Shown piece by piece: positions 1 to 9,962 of a stretch of DNA of 64,000 nucleotides. How positions within the stretch are numbered: position 1 is the first letter of the stretch; every line of letters begins with the position of its first letter. The position numbers were made by a program, and so were the translations under genes. The DNA is from Spirochaetia bacterium (GTDB taxonomy: Bacteria; Spirochaetota; Spirochaetia; SZUA-6; Bin103). The notes beneath the pieces are model-generated. The model saw only the letters and a list, made by a program, of their open reading frames with translations, was not told the DNA's origin and made no database searches. The stretch covers positions 1,952,001-2,016,000 of the forward strand of contig CBDAOI010000004.1 in NCBI GenBank assembly GCA_965198005.1. Reading direction: 5' to 3'.

Positions 1-473
1 TGCCGTGCGTGGTGAGCCGGCATTGGCGGCATGGGGGGGAGGGGGCGCGCGCGCTGGCTGAGGCGGTGGTGGCCGCCTGCGAGACGCCGGTGGACTTCCG
101 CTACCTCTACCCCGAAACGCTGCCGCTGCGGGCGCGGATCGAGCGGATCACCACCGAGGTGTACGGCGGGGCGGGGGTCAGCTACGAGCCGGACGCACTG
201 GCCAAGGTGGCCGCGGTCGAGCGCGACCCCGCGCTGGCGCGGCTGGGCACGTGCATGGCCAAGACCCACCTCAGCCTGAGCCACGACCCGGCGTTGAAGG
301 GGCGGCCGACCGGCTGGGAGCTGCCGGTGCGCGACCTGCTGCTGTACCACGGCGCCGGACTGGCGGTGCCGGTGGCCGGCGACGTCAAGCTGCTGCCCGG
401 CACGGCCTCGGATCCCGCCTTCCGCCGGATCGACGTCGACCCGGCCACCGGCCGCGTGCGCGGCCTGCACTGA
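1..473 (+). CDS. fhs: Formate--tetrahydrofolate ligase, C-terminal part (runs off the window start)
   Basis: CMAKTHLSLSHDPALKGRPTGW...GAG...LPG...RIDVD matches the Fhs C-terminus. Confidence 0.9.
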   Translation, partial: PCVVSRHWRHGGEGARALAEAVVAACETPVDFRYLYPETLPLRARIERITTEVYGGAGVSYEPDALAKVAAVERDPALARLGTCMAKTHLSLSHDPALKGRPTGWELPVRDLLLYHGAGLAVPVAGDVKLLPGTASDPAFRRIDVDPATGRVRGLH

Positions 474-520
474 ACGCGCCGCTGCCCACGCCGAAATGCA
501 GAGTGAGCGCTTGCTCGTTC

Positions 521-1297
521 CTACTGCGAGGTGTAGCCGCCGTCCACCGGCAGGCAGGCGCCGGTGATGAAGGAGGCGTCGTCGGAGGCCAGGAACAGCG
601 CGGCCCGGGCGACCTCGTCGGGTTGTCCCAGCCGGCCGAGCGGCGCCATCGCCACGATCTGGCGCAGCCACTCCGGGTCGTCGGTGAGCGTGCGGGTGAG
701 CGGCGTGTAGATGAACCCCGGACACAGCGCGTTGACCCGAATGCCGTGCCGGCCCAGGCTGTTCGCCAGGTCGCGGGTCAGGCTGATCACCGCCCCCTTG
801 CTCGGCGGGTAGGGGTCGTGACCGGTGCCGAAGAACGCCGGCCGGCCCACCAGCCCGTAGATCGACGACAGATTGACCACCGCGCCGCCGCCCTGGCGCT
901 CCATCTGCGCCGTGGCGTAGCGCGCCATCAGGTAGGTGCCCTTGACGTTGACCCCCATCACCCAGTCCCAGGTCTGCTCGATGTCCCACTCCGGCGGCGC
1001 GTAGCGCGGCGTCACTCCGGCACAGTTGACCAGAATGTCGAGCCGCGCGAACCGTTCGACCGTGGTGCGCACCAGCCGCTCCGCGTCGCCGCCGCGCGTG
1101 ACGTCACCGGTGAGCGCGATCGTCCTTCCGCCAGCGCCGGCGATCGCCCGCGCACACCGCGCGGCCGTCTCCGGGTCGAGGTCGGCCGCCGCCACGGCCG
1201 CCCCCTCGCTTCCGAACAGGAGCGCGGTCGCTCGGCCGATGCCGGAGCCCGCGCCGGTGATCAGCGCCACCTTGCCGTCGAGTCTGCCGCGGCTCAC
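521..1297 (-). CDS. SDR family NAD(P)-dependent oxidoreductase
   Basis: TGAGSGIG Rossmann motif, NCAG, YPPSK catalytic motif, VDGG; GTG start overlaps the upstream TGA. Confidence 0.92.
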   Translation of the reverse strand: MSRGRLDGKVALITGAGSGIGRATALLFGSEGAAVAAADLDPETAARCARAIAGAGGRTIALTGDVTRGGDAERLVRTTVERFARLDILVNCAGVTPRYAPPEWDIEQTWDWVMGVNVKGTYLMARYATAQMERQGGGAVVNLSSIYGLVGRPAFFGTGHDPYPPSKGAVISLTRDLANSLGRHGIRVNALCPGFIYTPLTRTLTDDPEWLRQIVAMAPLGRLGQPDEVARAALFLASDDASFITGACLPVDGGYTSQ

Positions 1298-3003
1298 GCG
1301 AAGTCGGACCTCCAGACCAGCGCCGCCGCCCGCGCCAGTCGCCGCTGGCGCTGCGCCACCAGCTCCGGCGTCCACTGTTCGGGCGCCAGCTCCGGAAGCT
1401 CGCGCGTGAGGGCGTACGTACTGCGGCCGTACGCGGCGAGCTTGGCGCCGTAGGACGAGTTGGCCACGGCCCGATTGGCGGATGCTTCCAGCAGCGTCAG
1501 GTTGCCGAGGCGATACGCGTCGCTGTCCCACAGTTCGGGCGCATAGGTCTCGGTCCAGCTCTCGCCAGGGTGTTCGGGCAGCACGTGCTCGATGGTGCCG
1601 GGGTCAGTGTCCGGATCGCAGGCGCGGCCGGCGACCTGGTGCTCGAGCCGTGCGAGAATGTACTTCACCAGCTTTCTGCGACGTCCTTTCGGGTCGAGTT
1701 CGAGCATGGAAAAGTCCTGCCGCATCTTCTCGTCGGCCACGTACACCGGTTTGAGGTACTCGAACACCGCCGCCGGGGTGGCCGCGGCGCCATCCGTCAC
1801 CGCTTTGGCGGCTCGATGGTAGACCGATTCCAGTGCGTTGGGATTGAGACCGCTCACGATGCCATACCGGAACGAGACCGCACTGACGAGCTTCAACACA
1901 CGAATGAAGTCGTCCCTGCTGAATTCCTCCCAGGCTGCGAACAGGAGCGGTATCGGCTGCCGCACGCGAAACAGACTCAGCTCGCTCACGTGCAGCTTGG
2001 CCCGCGGCAGCTCCACCCAGTAGCCGTGGTTCGGGTCGAGCACCGCAGCGAACAGCTCGGCCCTGCCTTCCAGCTCTTCAAGCAGAGCGAATACTTCGGC
2101 CGCCGTACGGGTTCGGTCACGCACCAGCTTGAACAGCCGCTGGGCACGGATCTTCGGCTCCCGGCAGAGCAGGTGGAAGCGGAGGAACTCCGGGAATCCA
2201 CCCTGGCCCACGGTCTCGACCAGTGATCGCCAGCGGCGCCGGAGGACGTCGAGGTCGGACGGGACGGATACGCGCGAGAACAGGTAGTTCTTGAGCAAGT
2301 CGGTGGTCGTCAGTTCGAGACCCCGCGCGTTGAGCGTCTCGAACACCGTGTACGCGTTCAACTCGTCGTCTACCGTGATCAGGATGAAGAGGAGCTGGCG
2401 GGCCACGGTCTCGGACAGCAGACCCGCCAGGGCACGCCCGTCGTTGCGTATTTCGCTCAGGCTTGGGAGCCGCGCGACGAAGTACTCGTAGCACTCCAGC
2501 AGCAACCGGTTCGAGTTCGGCAGCTTGCGGCGGTTGAGCGGACTCCTGAGCTGGATCAGATAATCCTGGTAGAAGGCGTTGTCCGTTTCATTCAGATGCA
2601 GCCGGCTGCTCTCCACCAGCGAGGCCGGGTCCTTTTCCCCGATGAAGCGTTTGCGCAGTTCCCGGCCGCGCTCCTGGTTGTCGCTGGCTTCGATGCCGTT
2701 TTCCGCCAGCCCGCCCAACCGGTGAATCACGGCGAGGGCGAGCAGGCTCAGAGTGGCGAGGCGCTGCTGGCCGTCGATGATCAGAAACTCGCGGTCGCTG
2801 GTGCCTTCGACGACCAGCGCACCGAGGTAGTGAGTCAATTCCGTATCCGAACGCAGGTAGACGACGTCGTTCCAGAGATCTTCCCACTGTTCCTCCGACC
2901 ACGAATAGTCGCGCTGGTAGGGCGGCACCCGGTATTGCTTGCCGTTGCCGATCAGCTCGAGGTAGTTGATGGTCCGCGTATTCAAGAGATTGGACTTGGC
3001 CAT
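1294..3003 (-). CDS. DUF262 + DUF1524 (HNH) protein, GmrSD-like type IV restriction candidate
   Basis: VPPYQRDYSW, IIDGQQRL and FETLNARG (DUF262); TIEHVLP...LGNLTLL..AN (DUF1524). Confidence 0.88.
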   Translation of the reverse strand: MAKSNLLNTRTINYLELIGNGKQYRVPPYQRDYSWSEEQWEDLWNDVVYLRSDTELTHYLGALVVEGTSDREFLIIDGQQRLATLSLLALAVIHRLGGLAENGIEASDNQERGRELRKRFIGEKDPASLVESSRLHLNETDNAFYQDYLIQLRSPLNRRKLPNSNRLLLECYEYFVARLPSLSEIRNDGRALAGLLSETVARQLLFILITVDDELNAYTVFETLNARGLELTTTDLLKNYLFSRVSVPSDLDVLRRRWRSLVETVGQGGFPEFLRFHLLCREPKIRAQRLFKLVRDRTRTAAEVFALLEELEGRAELFAAVLDPNHGYWVELPRAKLHVSELSLFRVRQPIPLLFAAWEEFSRDDFIRVLKLVSAVSFRYGIVSGLNPNALESVYHRAAKAVTDGAAATPAAVFEYLKPVYVADEKMRQDFSMLELDPKGRRRKLVKYILARLEHQVAGRACDPDTDPGTIEHVLPEHPGESWTETYAPELWDSDAYRLGNLTLLEASANRAVANSSYGAKLAAYGRSTYALTRELPELAPEQWTPELVAQRQRRLARAAALVWRSDFA

Positions 3004-3178
3004 GTGACCGCCGCCTGGCCCGCAACCTCGCTGCCGGATCGCGAGCAAGCCCGTCCGCCATACTGACGCCTCGGAGCTCCGTTGATCAATACCACCATCC
3101 TCCTCAAATCCTCCTCACGCCGACGATCCGGAGGACGTGGCGGCGCTGGCCCTCCTGGGGCTGCAACTGAGCTGGCCA

Positions 3179-4360
3179 TCAGCCGTGTTCCGCTCCTTCG
3201 AACAGACCCTGCTTCCAAAGCTCGCCAGGACGATCGCCCCGGTCGATCAACCGGCGCAGCAGGTCACGATCAGCAGCGCGCCGCACGGTGGCGAACCCAT
3301 TGCTCTTTTCCAGCCAGTAGATCTCTTCGAGACTCGCACCGTTCATGAACTCAGGCGAATGAGTGGACACGAACACCTGGCCGCCACGACGCGCATAGTC
3401 GCGAAACTCTTCCACCAGTTCACTCAGCAATCGTGGATAGAGCTGATTCTCCGGCTCCTCCACTGCCAGTACGGGATGCGGCTTCGGGTCGTGCAGCAGG
3501 ACCAGGTACGCGAACATCTTTATGGTGCCGTCAGACACGTAGCGGGCAATGAACGGATCCTGGAAGCTCCCGTCCTGGAACCGTAGCACAAGCCGTCCAT
3601 CTTCGGTAGCTTTGGCTTCTACTCGGGTGACTCCCGGTACCCGTTGGCCCATCACGTCCAGGATACGCTGAAATCGATCCGGATGCTGTTCAAACAGGTA
3701 TGCCGCGGCCTGGGCGACGTCGTCGCCGCGTGCCGACAGATGTTCCGAGAGTCCCGCGTCGCTGCTCTGACGGGCAGAGCTGATCTGAAAGTCGGAAATG
3801 TGCCAGTGCTCCAACAGCCCGCGGAACTCGGATACGACCGGAAACTCACGGAACTGACCGAGACCCTTGATCGCCAAGGTGCTCGGATCATCGAGGACGC
3901 GCTCCTCCCGCTCCTCCGTGGCACCCTCCTGACCGTAAGCGGCTTCATTGGTTATGGCGGTACCTCGGCCCCTGGAGAAATCAAGGAAGTGCCAAGGACG
4001 ACCAGCCCTACCATGTCTGCGTGTGTAGCGCAGGATTTCCCGACCGACGATCGGCCGTCCGTTACGGTTGGCTATCTCCAGCAGATAGGTCGCCAGGCGG
4101 CCGCCGCTTTCTCGAAATTTTATAGTGATCCCAACAGGTCCGGCCTCACCGCGACTGATCAGCTCTCGCAGGCCGCCGCGTCGTGCCACAGCCTGGGATA
4201 CGTTTTCCGTCAGACATTCCTTGAGAAAACTCAGCGCGTCGAAGAAGGTCGACTTGCCAGATCCGTTAGCACCAACGATAACGGTGAACGGTGGCAGCTT
4301 GTTCCATTTGGCGCGACGAAACAGCCGATAATTGCGCAATTCAAGATACTCGATTCGCAT
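3179..4360 (-). CDS. AAA_21/ABC-type ATPase (defence/TA-associated type)
   Basis: Walker A GANGSGKS, signature VSDGT, Walker B AVEEPENQL, switch STHSP. Confidence 0.88.
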   Translation of the reverse strand: MRIEYLELRNYRLFRRAKWNKLPPFTVIVGANGSGKSTFFDALSFLKECLTENVSQAVARRGGLRELISRGEAGPVGITIKFRESGGRLATYLLEIANRNGRPIVGREILRYTRRHGRAGRPWHFLDFSRGRGTAITNEAAYGQEGATEEREERVLDDPSTLAIKGLGQFREFPVVSEFRGLLEHWHISDFQISSARQSSDAGLSEHLSARGDDVAQAAAYLFEQHPDRFQRILDVMGQRVPGVTRVEAKATEDGRLVLRFQDGSFQDPFIARYVSDGTIKMFAYLVLLHDPKPHPVLAVEEPENQLYPRLLSELVEEFRDYARRGGQVFVSTHSPEFMNGASLEEIYWLEKSNGFATVRRAADRDLLRRLIDRGDRPGELWKQGLFEGAEHG

Positions 4361-4490
4361 ACGTATTCCTCAATCACTTTCCGTAGCTCGCGGCGCGACA
4401 CCTGCATTCCGGCGCCGGCCGTCCCGCTGCGGTGGGCCCGTGTTGCGCAAGCTGTTCCGCATGGTTCCGGAGTGTAGCACGGCGGCATGC

Positions 4491-6200
4491 TCAGGGCGTG
4501 GGCCGAAGCTGATTGCGACGCTGGCGGGTGGCGGCGGCATCCACGGCGCCGGTGGCCGGGTCGATCACGACGCCGTACTGGGCCACCGCGGCCGCGGGCG
4601 AGACGTAGCCTTGGCGGACGTCCTCGGCCACCGCCTCGACGGCTCGCTCGACCGGAGGGTAGTAGCCGCCGCCGCCCGGCAGCCGCAGGGTGACCCGCTC
4701 GCCCGGCTGCAGGGTGTAGCGCCGTTTGGGGTGTAGCGCGGAGCCGTCGCCGGCGGTCAAGGCGCCGACCGCGCCCGGGCCGCCGCCCGCGAAGCCGCGC
4801 GCCGCGAATCGGGTGCGGTCATACATCGGCGAGTGCAGCGCCGGGTGGCCGGTCACCACTTCCAGCTCCATCTCCTGGCCCAGGCCGCCGCGCAAGCGGC
4901 CGGCGCCGCCGGAGTCGGTGCGCAGCGCCCGCCGGTGCATCAGGATCGGCGCCACCGCCTCGATCACCTCCGCCGGCACCCCGGTGATGCCGCTCGGGAA
5001 GGCGGTGGCCGACAGGCCGTCACGGTGCGCGCGCGCGCCCATGCCGCCGGCGGAGAAGAAGGTGTAGGCGAACACCTCGCCGCGATCACCGACCTTGCCT
5101 TCCAGCATCGTGATCCACAGGCCGGCGGAGCCGTCCGCGATCACCCGCTCCGGGATCGCCTGCCCCAGCGCCCCCAGGATCGGCTGCGACACGAAGTGGC
5201 CGATCAGGTGGCGCGCGCCCACCGCCGCCGGCCGCCGGCAGTTGAGGATCGAGCCCTCGGGCGCGGTGATGGTGAGCGGCCGGAACGCCCCGGCGTTGCT
5301 GGGAATGGCCGGCGCCACGGCGGCCATGATGGTGTAGGTGGAGTAGGCCTGGGTGTAGTTGAGCACCACGTTGATCCCGCGCTCCACCTGCGGCGAGCTG
5401 CCGGCGTAGTCGACCGTGATGGTGTCGCCGGCAACGGTCAGCGCGCACCGGATCGCCAGCGGCTCGTCGAACCCGTCGATCGCCACGGTGCTGCGGTAGA
5501 CGCCGTCCGGAATCTCCCGGACCGCCGCCCGCACCGCGTCTTCGGTGCGCTGCAGGATCAGCGGCGCCACCCCCTCCAGGTCGGGCAGGCGGTACTCTTC
5601 GAGCATCTCGGTGAGCTTGCGCGCCCCCACCACGTTGCCCGCCTGCTGGGCGTAGAGATCGCCGATCACCAGGTCCGGCACGCGCACGTTGGCGCGGATG
5701 ATCTCCAGCAGGTCGCGGTTGGGCTCGCCCCCACGAAACAGCTTCATCAACGGGACCGCCAACCCCTCCTCGAACAGCTCACGGGCGTCGGCGCCCATGG
5801 TCAGGCCGCCGACGTCGGTCGCGTGGCAGGTGCTGGCGAACCAGGCCACGCCGCGGCCGCGGTAGAACACGGGAGTGACCACGGTGAAGTCGAACAGGTG
5901 TCCCGAGGCCGCCCACGGATCGTTGGTGATCAGCGTGTCGCCGGGCTCCAGCGTCGCGATCGGGTGGCGCGGCACCACGTGGTCATGCACGCAGTTGGCC
6001 ATGGTGTTGATGTGGCCGGGGGTGCCGGTCACCGCCTGCGCCAGCATGCGGCCGGTCGCGTCGAACACGCCGGCGGAGAGGTCTCCCGCCTCCCGGACCA
6101 CGGTGGTGAACGAGGCGTGCATCAGCGCCGCGGCCTGCTCGTCGACGATCGAGATCAGCCGGTTGCGCAGCACCTCCAGCAGGATCGGATCGAGCGTCAC
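4491..6200 (-). CDS. Hydantoinase B / oxoprolinase family protein
   Basis: DPILLEVLRNRL, EAGDLSAG, NDPW..SGHLFD, DSGGAGRLRGGLG, PGGGG; GTG start at 6200. Confidence 0.9.
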   Translation of the reverse strand: MTLDPILLEVLRNRLISIVDEQAAALMHASFTTVVREAGDLSAGVFDATGRMLAQAVTGTPGHINTMANCVHDHVVPRHPIATLEPGDTLITNDPWAASGHLFDFTVVTPVFYRGRGVAWFASTCHATDVGGLTMGADARELFEEGLAVPLMKLFRGGEPNRDLLEIIRANVRVPDLVIGDLYAQQAGNVVGARKLTEMLEEYRLPDLEGVAPLILQRTEDAVRAAVREIPDGVYRSTVAIDGFDEPLAIRCALTVAGDTITVDYAGSSPQVERGINVVLNYTQAYSTYTIMAAVAPAIPSNAGAFRPLTITAPEGSILNCRRPAAVGARHLIGHFVSQPILGALGQAIPERVIADGSAGLWITMLEGKVGDRGEVFAYTFFSAGGMGARAHRDGLSATAFPSGITGVPAEVIEAVAPILMHRRALRTDSGGAGRLRGGLGQEMELEVVTGHPALHSPMYDRTRFAARGFAGGGPGAVGALTAGDGSALHPKRRYTLQPGERVTLRLPGGGGYYPPVERAVEAVAEDVRQGYVSPAAAVAQYGVVIDPATGAVDAAATRQRRNQLRPTP

Positions 6201-8277
6201 GGCGCGCCGCCCGCTCTCAGGATCAGGCAGCCGTTGGCGTGCACGCGGACCCGCCAGTCGGGCGGCACCACGGTCGTGCACTCCGCCTCCTCGATGATCG
6301 CCGGTCCCGCGCCGGCGAACTCCGCCGCCAGCCCCGCGCGCCGGTACACCGGCGTGTCGACTGCCCCGTGCGCGGGGTCGAACAGCACCGGCCGCCGGCC
6401 CACCGGTCGTGCCTGCCGCTCCCCCGGAGCCGCGGGCGGCGGCAGGTGCCGCAGGTCGAGCGCGGGGCCGGCGACCACCACCCGCCAGTTCACCGCCTCC
6501 AGCGGCACGCCGTCGCTGAGGCGGCCGTAGAACCGGACGTAGGCTTCCTCGAAGCTCCGGCGGATGCTGTCTACCAGCGCGCGGTCGACCGGCCCGGGCG
6601 GCACCTGCACGCGGATCTCGTAGCCCTGACCGACGTAGCGCAGGTCGGCCGTGCGCTCGACCGTGATTGCCGCCTCCGCCACGCCGGCGGCGCGCACCGT
6701 GCTGCGCCCTTCTCGTTCCAGTTCGTCCAGCAGCGCCCCGAGCCGGTCGCACGCGAGCCGATCGAGGCGCACCAGGTAGCTGCGGGTCAGGTCGAACGCG
6801 ATCGGTGCCCGCAGCAGCCCGAATGCCGACCCGACCCCCGCCAGCGGCGGCACCACCACCGCGCCGATGCGCAGCCGCCGCGCCACGCCGCAGGCGTGCA
6901 CCGGCCCCGCGCCGCCGGTGGCGACCATGGCGTAGCCGCGCAGGTCCAGGCCGCGCTCGGCGGCATGCACCCGCGCCGCCGCGGCCATGTTCTCGTCCAC
7001 CAGCTCGCGGATCCCCCAGGCCGCGCGCCGCGCGTCGACTCCCAGCCGCCGGGCCAGGTCGCGGTAGGCGGCGGCCGCGGCCGCCCGGTCCAGGGTCATG
7101 CTGCCGCCGGCGAACCACTGCGGGTCCAGGTAGCCGAGCAGCAGGTCGGCGTCGGTCACCGTGGGCTGCTCGCCCCCCAGCCGGTAGCAGGCCGGTCCCG
7201 GATCCGAGCCGGCGCTCAGCGGCCCCACCGCCGGCAGCCCCAGCTCGCCGATGCGGGCGATGCTGCCGCCGCCGGCGCCGATCTCGATCATGCGCAGCAT
7301 GGGCACCAGCAGCGGCAGGCCGCTGCCGCGCTTGAACCGATGCGCCGGGGCGACCTCCGACTCGGCGGCGACCGCGAATTCGCCGCGTTCGGTGAGCAGC
7401 GCCTTGGCCGTGGTGCCCCCCATGTCGAACGCCAGCAACTCGCGGTAGCCGCTGCGCGCGCCCCAGTAGCCGCCGCCAGCGCGCCGCCGGCCGGCCCCGA
7501 CTCCACCAGGCGCACCGGGAAGGCGGCCGCGGTCGCCACGGTGCCAGTGCCGCCGTTGGACAGCATGACGTGCAGCGGCCCGGCGATCCCGGCTGCCCGG
7601 AGCCCGGATTCCAGGCCGTGCAGGTACCGCCGCGCCAGCGGCTGGACGTAGGCGTTGGCCGCCGCGGTGGAGGCGCGCTGGTACTCGCGCATCGCCGGCG
7701 CCACCTGGTGCGACAGGGTCACCGGCAGCCGTGGCAGCCGCTCCCCGAGCAGGCGCTCGGTAACGCGCTCGTGCTCCGGGTTGGCGTAGGCGTGCAGATA
7801 GCACACCGCCACCGCCTCGATCCCCTCGGCCTGCAGGGTGGCGCACAGCGTGCGGACCGCGGCCTCGTCCAGCGGCCGCAACACCGCCCCCGCGGCGCTC
7901 ATCCGCTCCGGCACCTCCAGGCGCAGGCGCCGTTCCACCAGCGGCTGCGGCTTGATCAGCCCCAGGTCGTAGATGTCGTAGCGCCCCTCGGTACCGATCT
8001 CCAGCGCGTCCTTGAAACCGGCGGTGGTGAGCAGGGCGGTGCGGGCGCCGCGCCGCTCGATCAGGGCGTTGGTTACCAGCGTGGTACCGTGGATGACCCG
8101 CTCGACCGCGGCGGGATCGAGCTCGCGCGCGGCCAGCAGCGTGCGGATACCGGCCAGCACCCCGGCGCTCGGATCGGGCACCGTGGTGAGCACCTTGGCC
8201 ACGTGCAGCGTCCCCGCGCTCCGGTCCAGCACGACCAGATCGGTAAACGTGCCGCCGATGTCAACCGCAACCAGCAC
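6197..8277 (-). pseudogene. Hydantoinase A / oxoprolinase family gene with one frameshift near 7470 (possibly a sequencing error)
   Basis: DIGGTFTD, HGTT and ESGPAGG in one frame; FDMGGTT, IGAGGGSI and GGAGP in another; one missing G in GCG GCG G(G)C TAC restores continuity; GGAGG RBS before GTG 8277. Confidence 0.85.
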
Positions 8278-8357
8278 ACGGATCCTCCGGAATGACACAC
8301 CAGCCCGCGCCCCACACCGGCACGTTGCTGTTGTTGGGACGGTCCCGTCCGTGTATG

Positions 8358-8594
8358 TCAAGGCACAAACGACTGACCGCTCACCCGCTCGCGAAGGGCC
8401 GCGTTGATCAGTGATTGATAGCCAACCTTCCGAATCCCGGCGAGCTTCCGAAAATACAGCACAATGTCGTCGTCCAGGCGGATCGTCACTGATACCTTCT
8501 TCGGCGAGTAGAAGCGCCCTCGGATCGCCTCCTTGCCGGAAAAGTCATACTCCTCGGGCAGTTCGTAATCGTCCCGATCAACTCGTTTCTTCAT
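8358..8594 (-). CDS. BrnA-family antitoxin
   Basis: EYDFS, VTIRLDDD, GYQSLINAALR; overlaps the BrnT-like toxin. Confidence 0.85.
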   Translation of the reverse strand: MKKRVDRDDYELPEEYDFSGKEAIRGRFYSPKKVSVTIRLDDDIVLYFRKLAGIRKVGYQSLINAALRERVSGQSFVP

Positions 8595-8865
8595 ATTCCT
8601 GTCGCTCCCCCTGGGTGGCTCGGCGAGCGGAGATCAGCCGTACCACGCCCTCGCCCCGTTCGTCGAAAAACAGATTGGCCACCGTAAGCGTAACACCGGT
8701 GCTGCTTTGCCCGACGGTCACCCAACGTTCTTCGAACACAGAGAAGCGCTCGTCCAGCCAACTAATATGCAGGGGGTCCGCAAACACCTCCGCTGCCTCC
8801 TCGAATGACACGCCGTGCTTGCGCCGGTTCGACCGATCCTTTCGTTCGTCCCACTCGAAGCGCAC
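8578..8865 (-). CDS. BrnT-family toxin
   Basis: FEWDERK..N.RKHGVSFEEA..VF.DP, EER, RLISARRAT. Confidence 0.9.
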   Translation of the reverse strand: MRFEWDERKDRSNRRKHGVSFEEAAEVFADPLHISWLDERFSVFEERWVTVGQSSTGVTLTVANLFFDERGEGVVRLISARRATQGERQEYEETS

Positions 8866-9083
8866 GCCAATACGAGGGTACCACGGTCGTAGTTACGATG
8901 TCAATACACGACGGGTGAGGAGCGGTGAGGAGCACGCCTTCCATTAGGGACGATCTGTTCTGCCACGATCTCTTCTTTCAGATAGGTGAGGGCATAGCCG
9001 CGCAGATACGCCACTGGGCGAACAGGTCGCCTTCGATCACGTCCTGGAACAGAAACTCAGCACCGCGGAGCCGATCCGAAAAG

Positions 9084-9428
9084 TGGAGGTGGCGGGAATC
9101 GAACCCGCGTCCTGAGAGGTGCACCTGCGGCGTCTACAGGTTTAGCCGGCTGTTGTTTGCTTGGCGACGCCTTGGTGAGCCGACCAACCGGCGCCGGTGC
9201 AGCCCGCTGTTTGAGTTTCCCGCCGCACCCGCGAGCCGATGTGGCGGTGAGTTCTGAATTGCGTCGGGGTTGCTCGTCGCTCAGGACCGCACTTCAAGTC
9301 CCCGTGGCTACGTTATCAGGCAGCCAGTGCTAGATCTGTTTCGGCAGATCAAAAGTTCCAGGTTAAGGAGACTGGGCTCCACCTGCAGCCGCAAACATCA
9401 ATCTCTCAGTCGAAGCCAGGTCACCCCC
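9084..9428 (-). ncRNA. ssrA: tmRNA; tag reading frame (A)AETDLALAA** at 9345-9313
   Basis: 5' GGGGGTGACCTGGCTTCGAC; 3' T-arm GACGCGGGTTCGATTCCCGCCACCTCCA; internal frame ending LALAA-TGA-TAA; next to smpB. Confidence 0.95.
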
Positions 9429-9461
9429 AATTACAGTATCGGACGGCGCACTCACCGCCGC

Positions 9462-9962
9462 TCACAACCGACGCTGACCGGCGCGTACCTGACGTTCCAG
9501 GTCGCGCTCGGTGTCGCGCCGCTTGATGTCTTCCCGTTTGTCGAAGGTCTTCTTGCCGCGGCACACGCCCAGCTCGACCTTGACCAACCCGCGCTTAAGA
9601 TAAAACCGAAGCGGGATCAGCGTCAAGCCCCGCTCCGCCACTTTCTTGCCCAAGCGTCGCGTTTCGTCCCGATGGGCCAGCAGTTTTCGCGGGCGCGTCG
9701 GATCGTGGTTGAACCGGTTGCCGAAGGCGTAGGGGGTGACGTGCAGGCCGATCAGGGTCAACTCGCCGCCGGCGACCTTGGCGTAGGCATCGACGAACGA
9801 GAACTGCCCGCCCTTGAGCGACTTGACCTCCGTGCCGCGCAACGCGATCCCACACTCAAGTCGGTCCTCGACGTGGTAGAGATGGCGCGCGCGCCGGTTG
9901 GTGGCCAGCACGCTGGCGGCGCCGTCCGCGGGCCGCGGGCGGGCCGAGCGGTCGCGGCTCAC
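9462..9962 (-). CDS. smpB: SsrA-binding protein
   Basis: NRRARHLY, GIALRGTEVKSLK, NHDPTRPRKLL, GKKTFDKRE. Confidence 0.95.
   Translation of the reverse strand: MSRDRSARPRPADGAASVLATNRRARHLYHVEDRLECGIALRGTEVKSLKGGQFSFVDAYAKVAGGELTLIGLHVTPYAFGNRFNHDPTRPRKLLAHRDETRRLGKKVAERGLTLIPLRFYLKRGLVKVELGVCRGKKTFDKREDIKRRDTERDLERQVRAGQRRL

Noticed and set aside
7460-7480. Programmed frameshift in hydantoinase A (and similar shifts at 44712, 61900, 63150)
   Set aside because: No slippery sequence; single-base indels are better explained by sequencing error or decay
1294-9083. Genomic island integrated at the tmRNA 3' end
   Set aside because: No adjacent integrase and no duplicated ssrA 3' fragment found in the window
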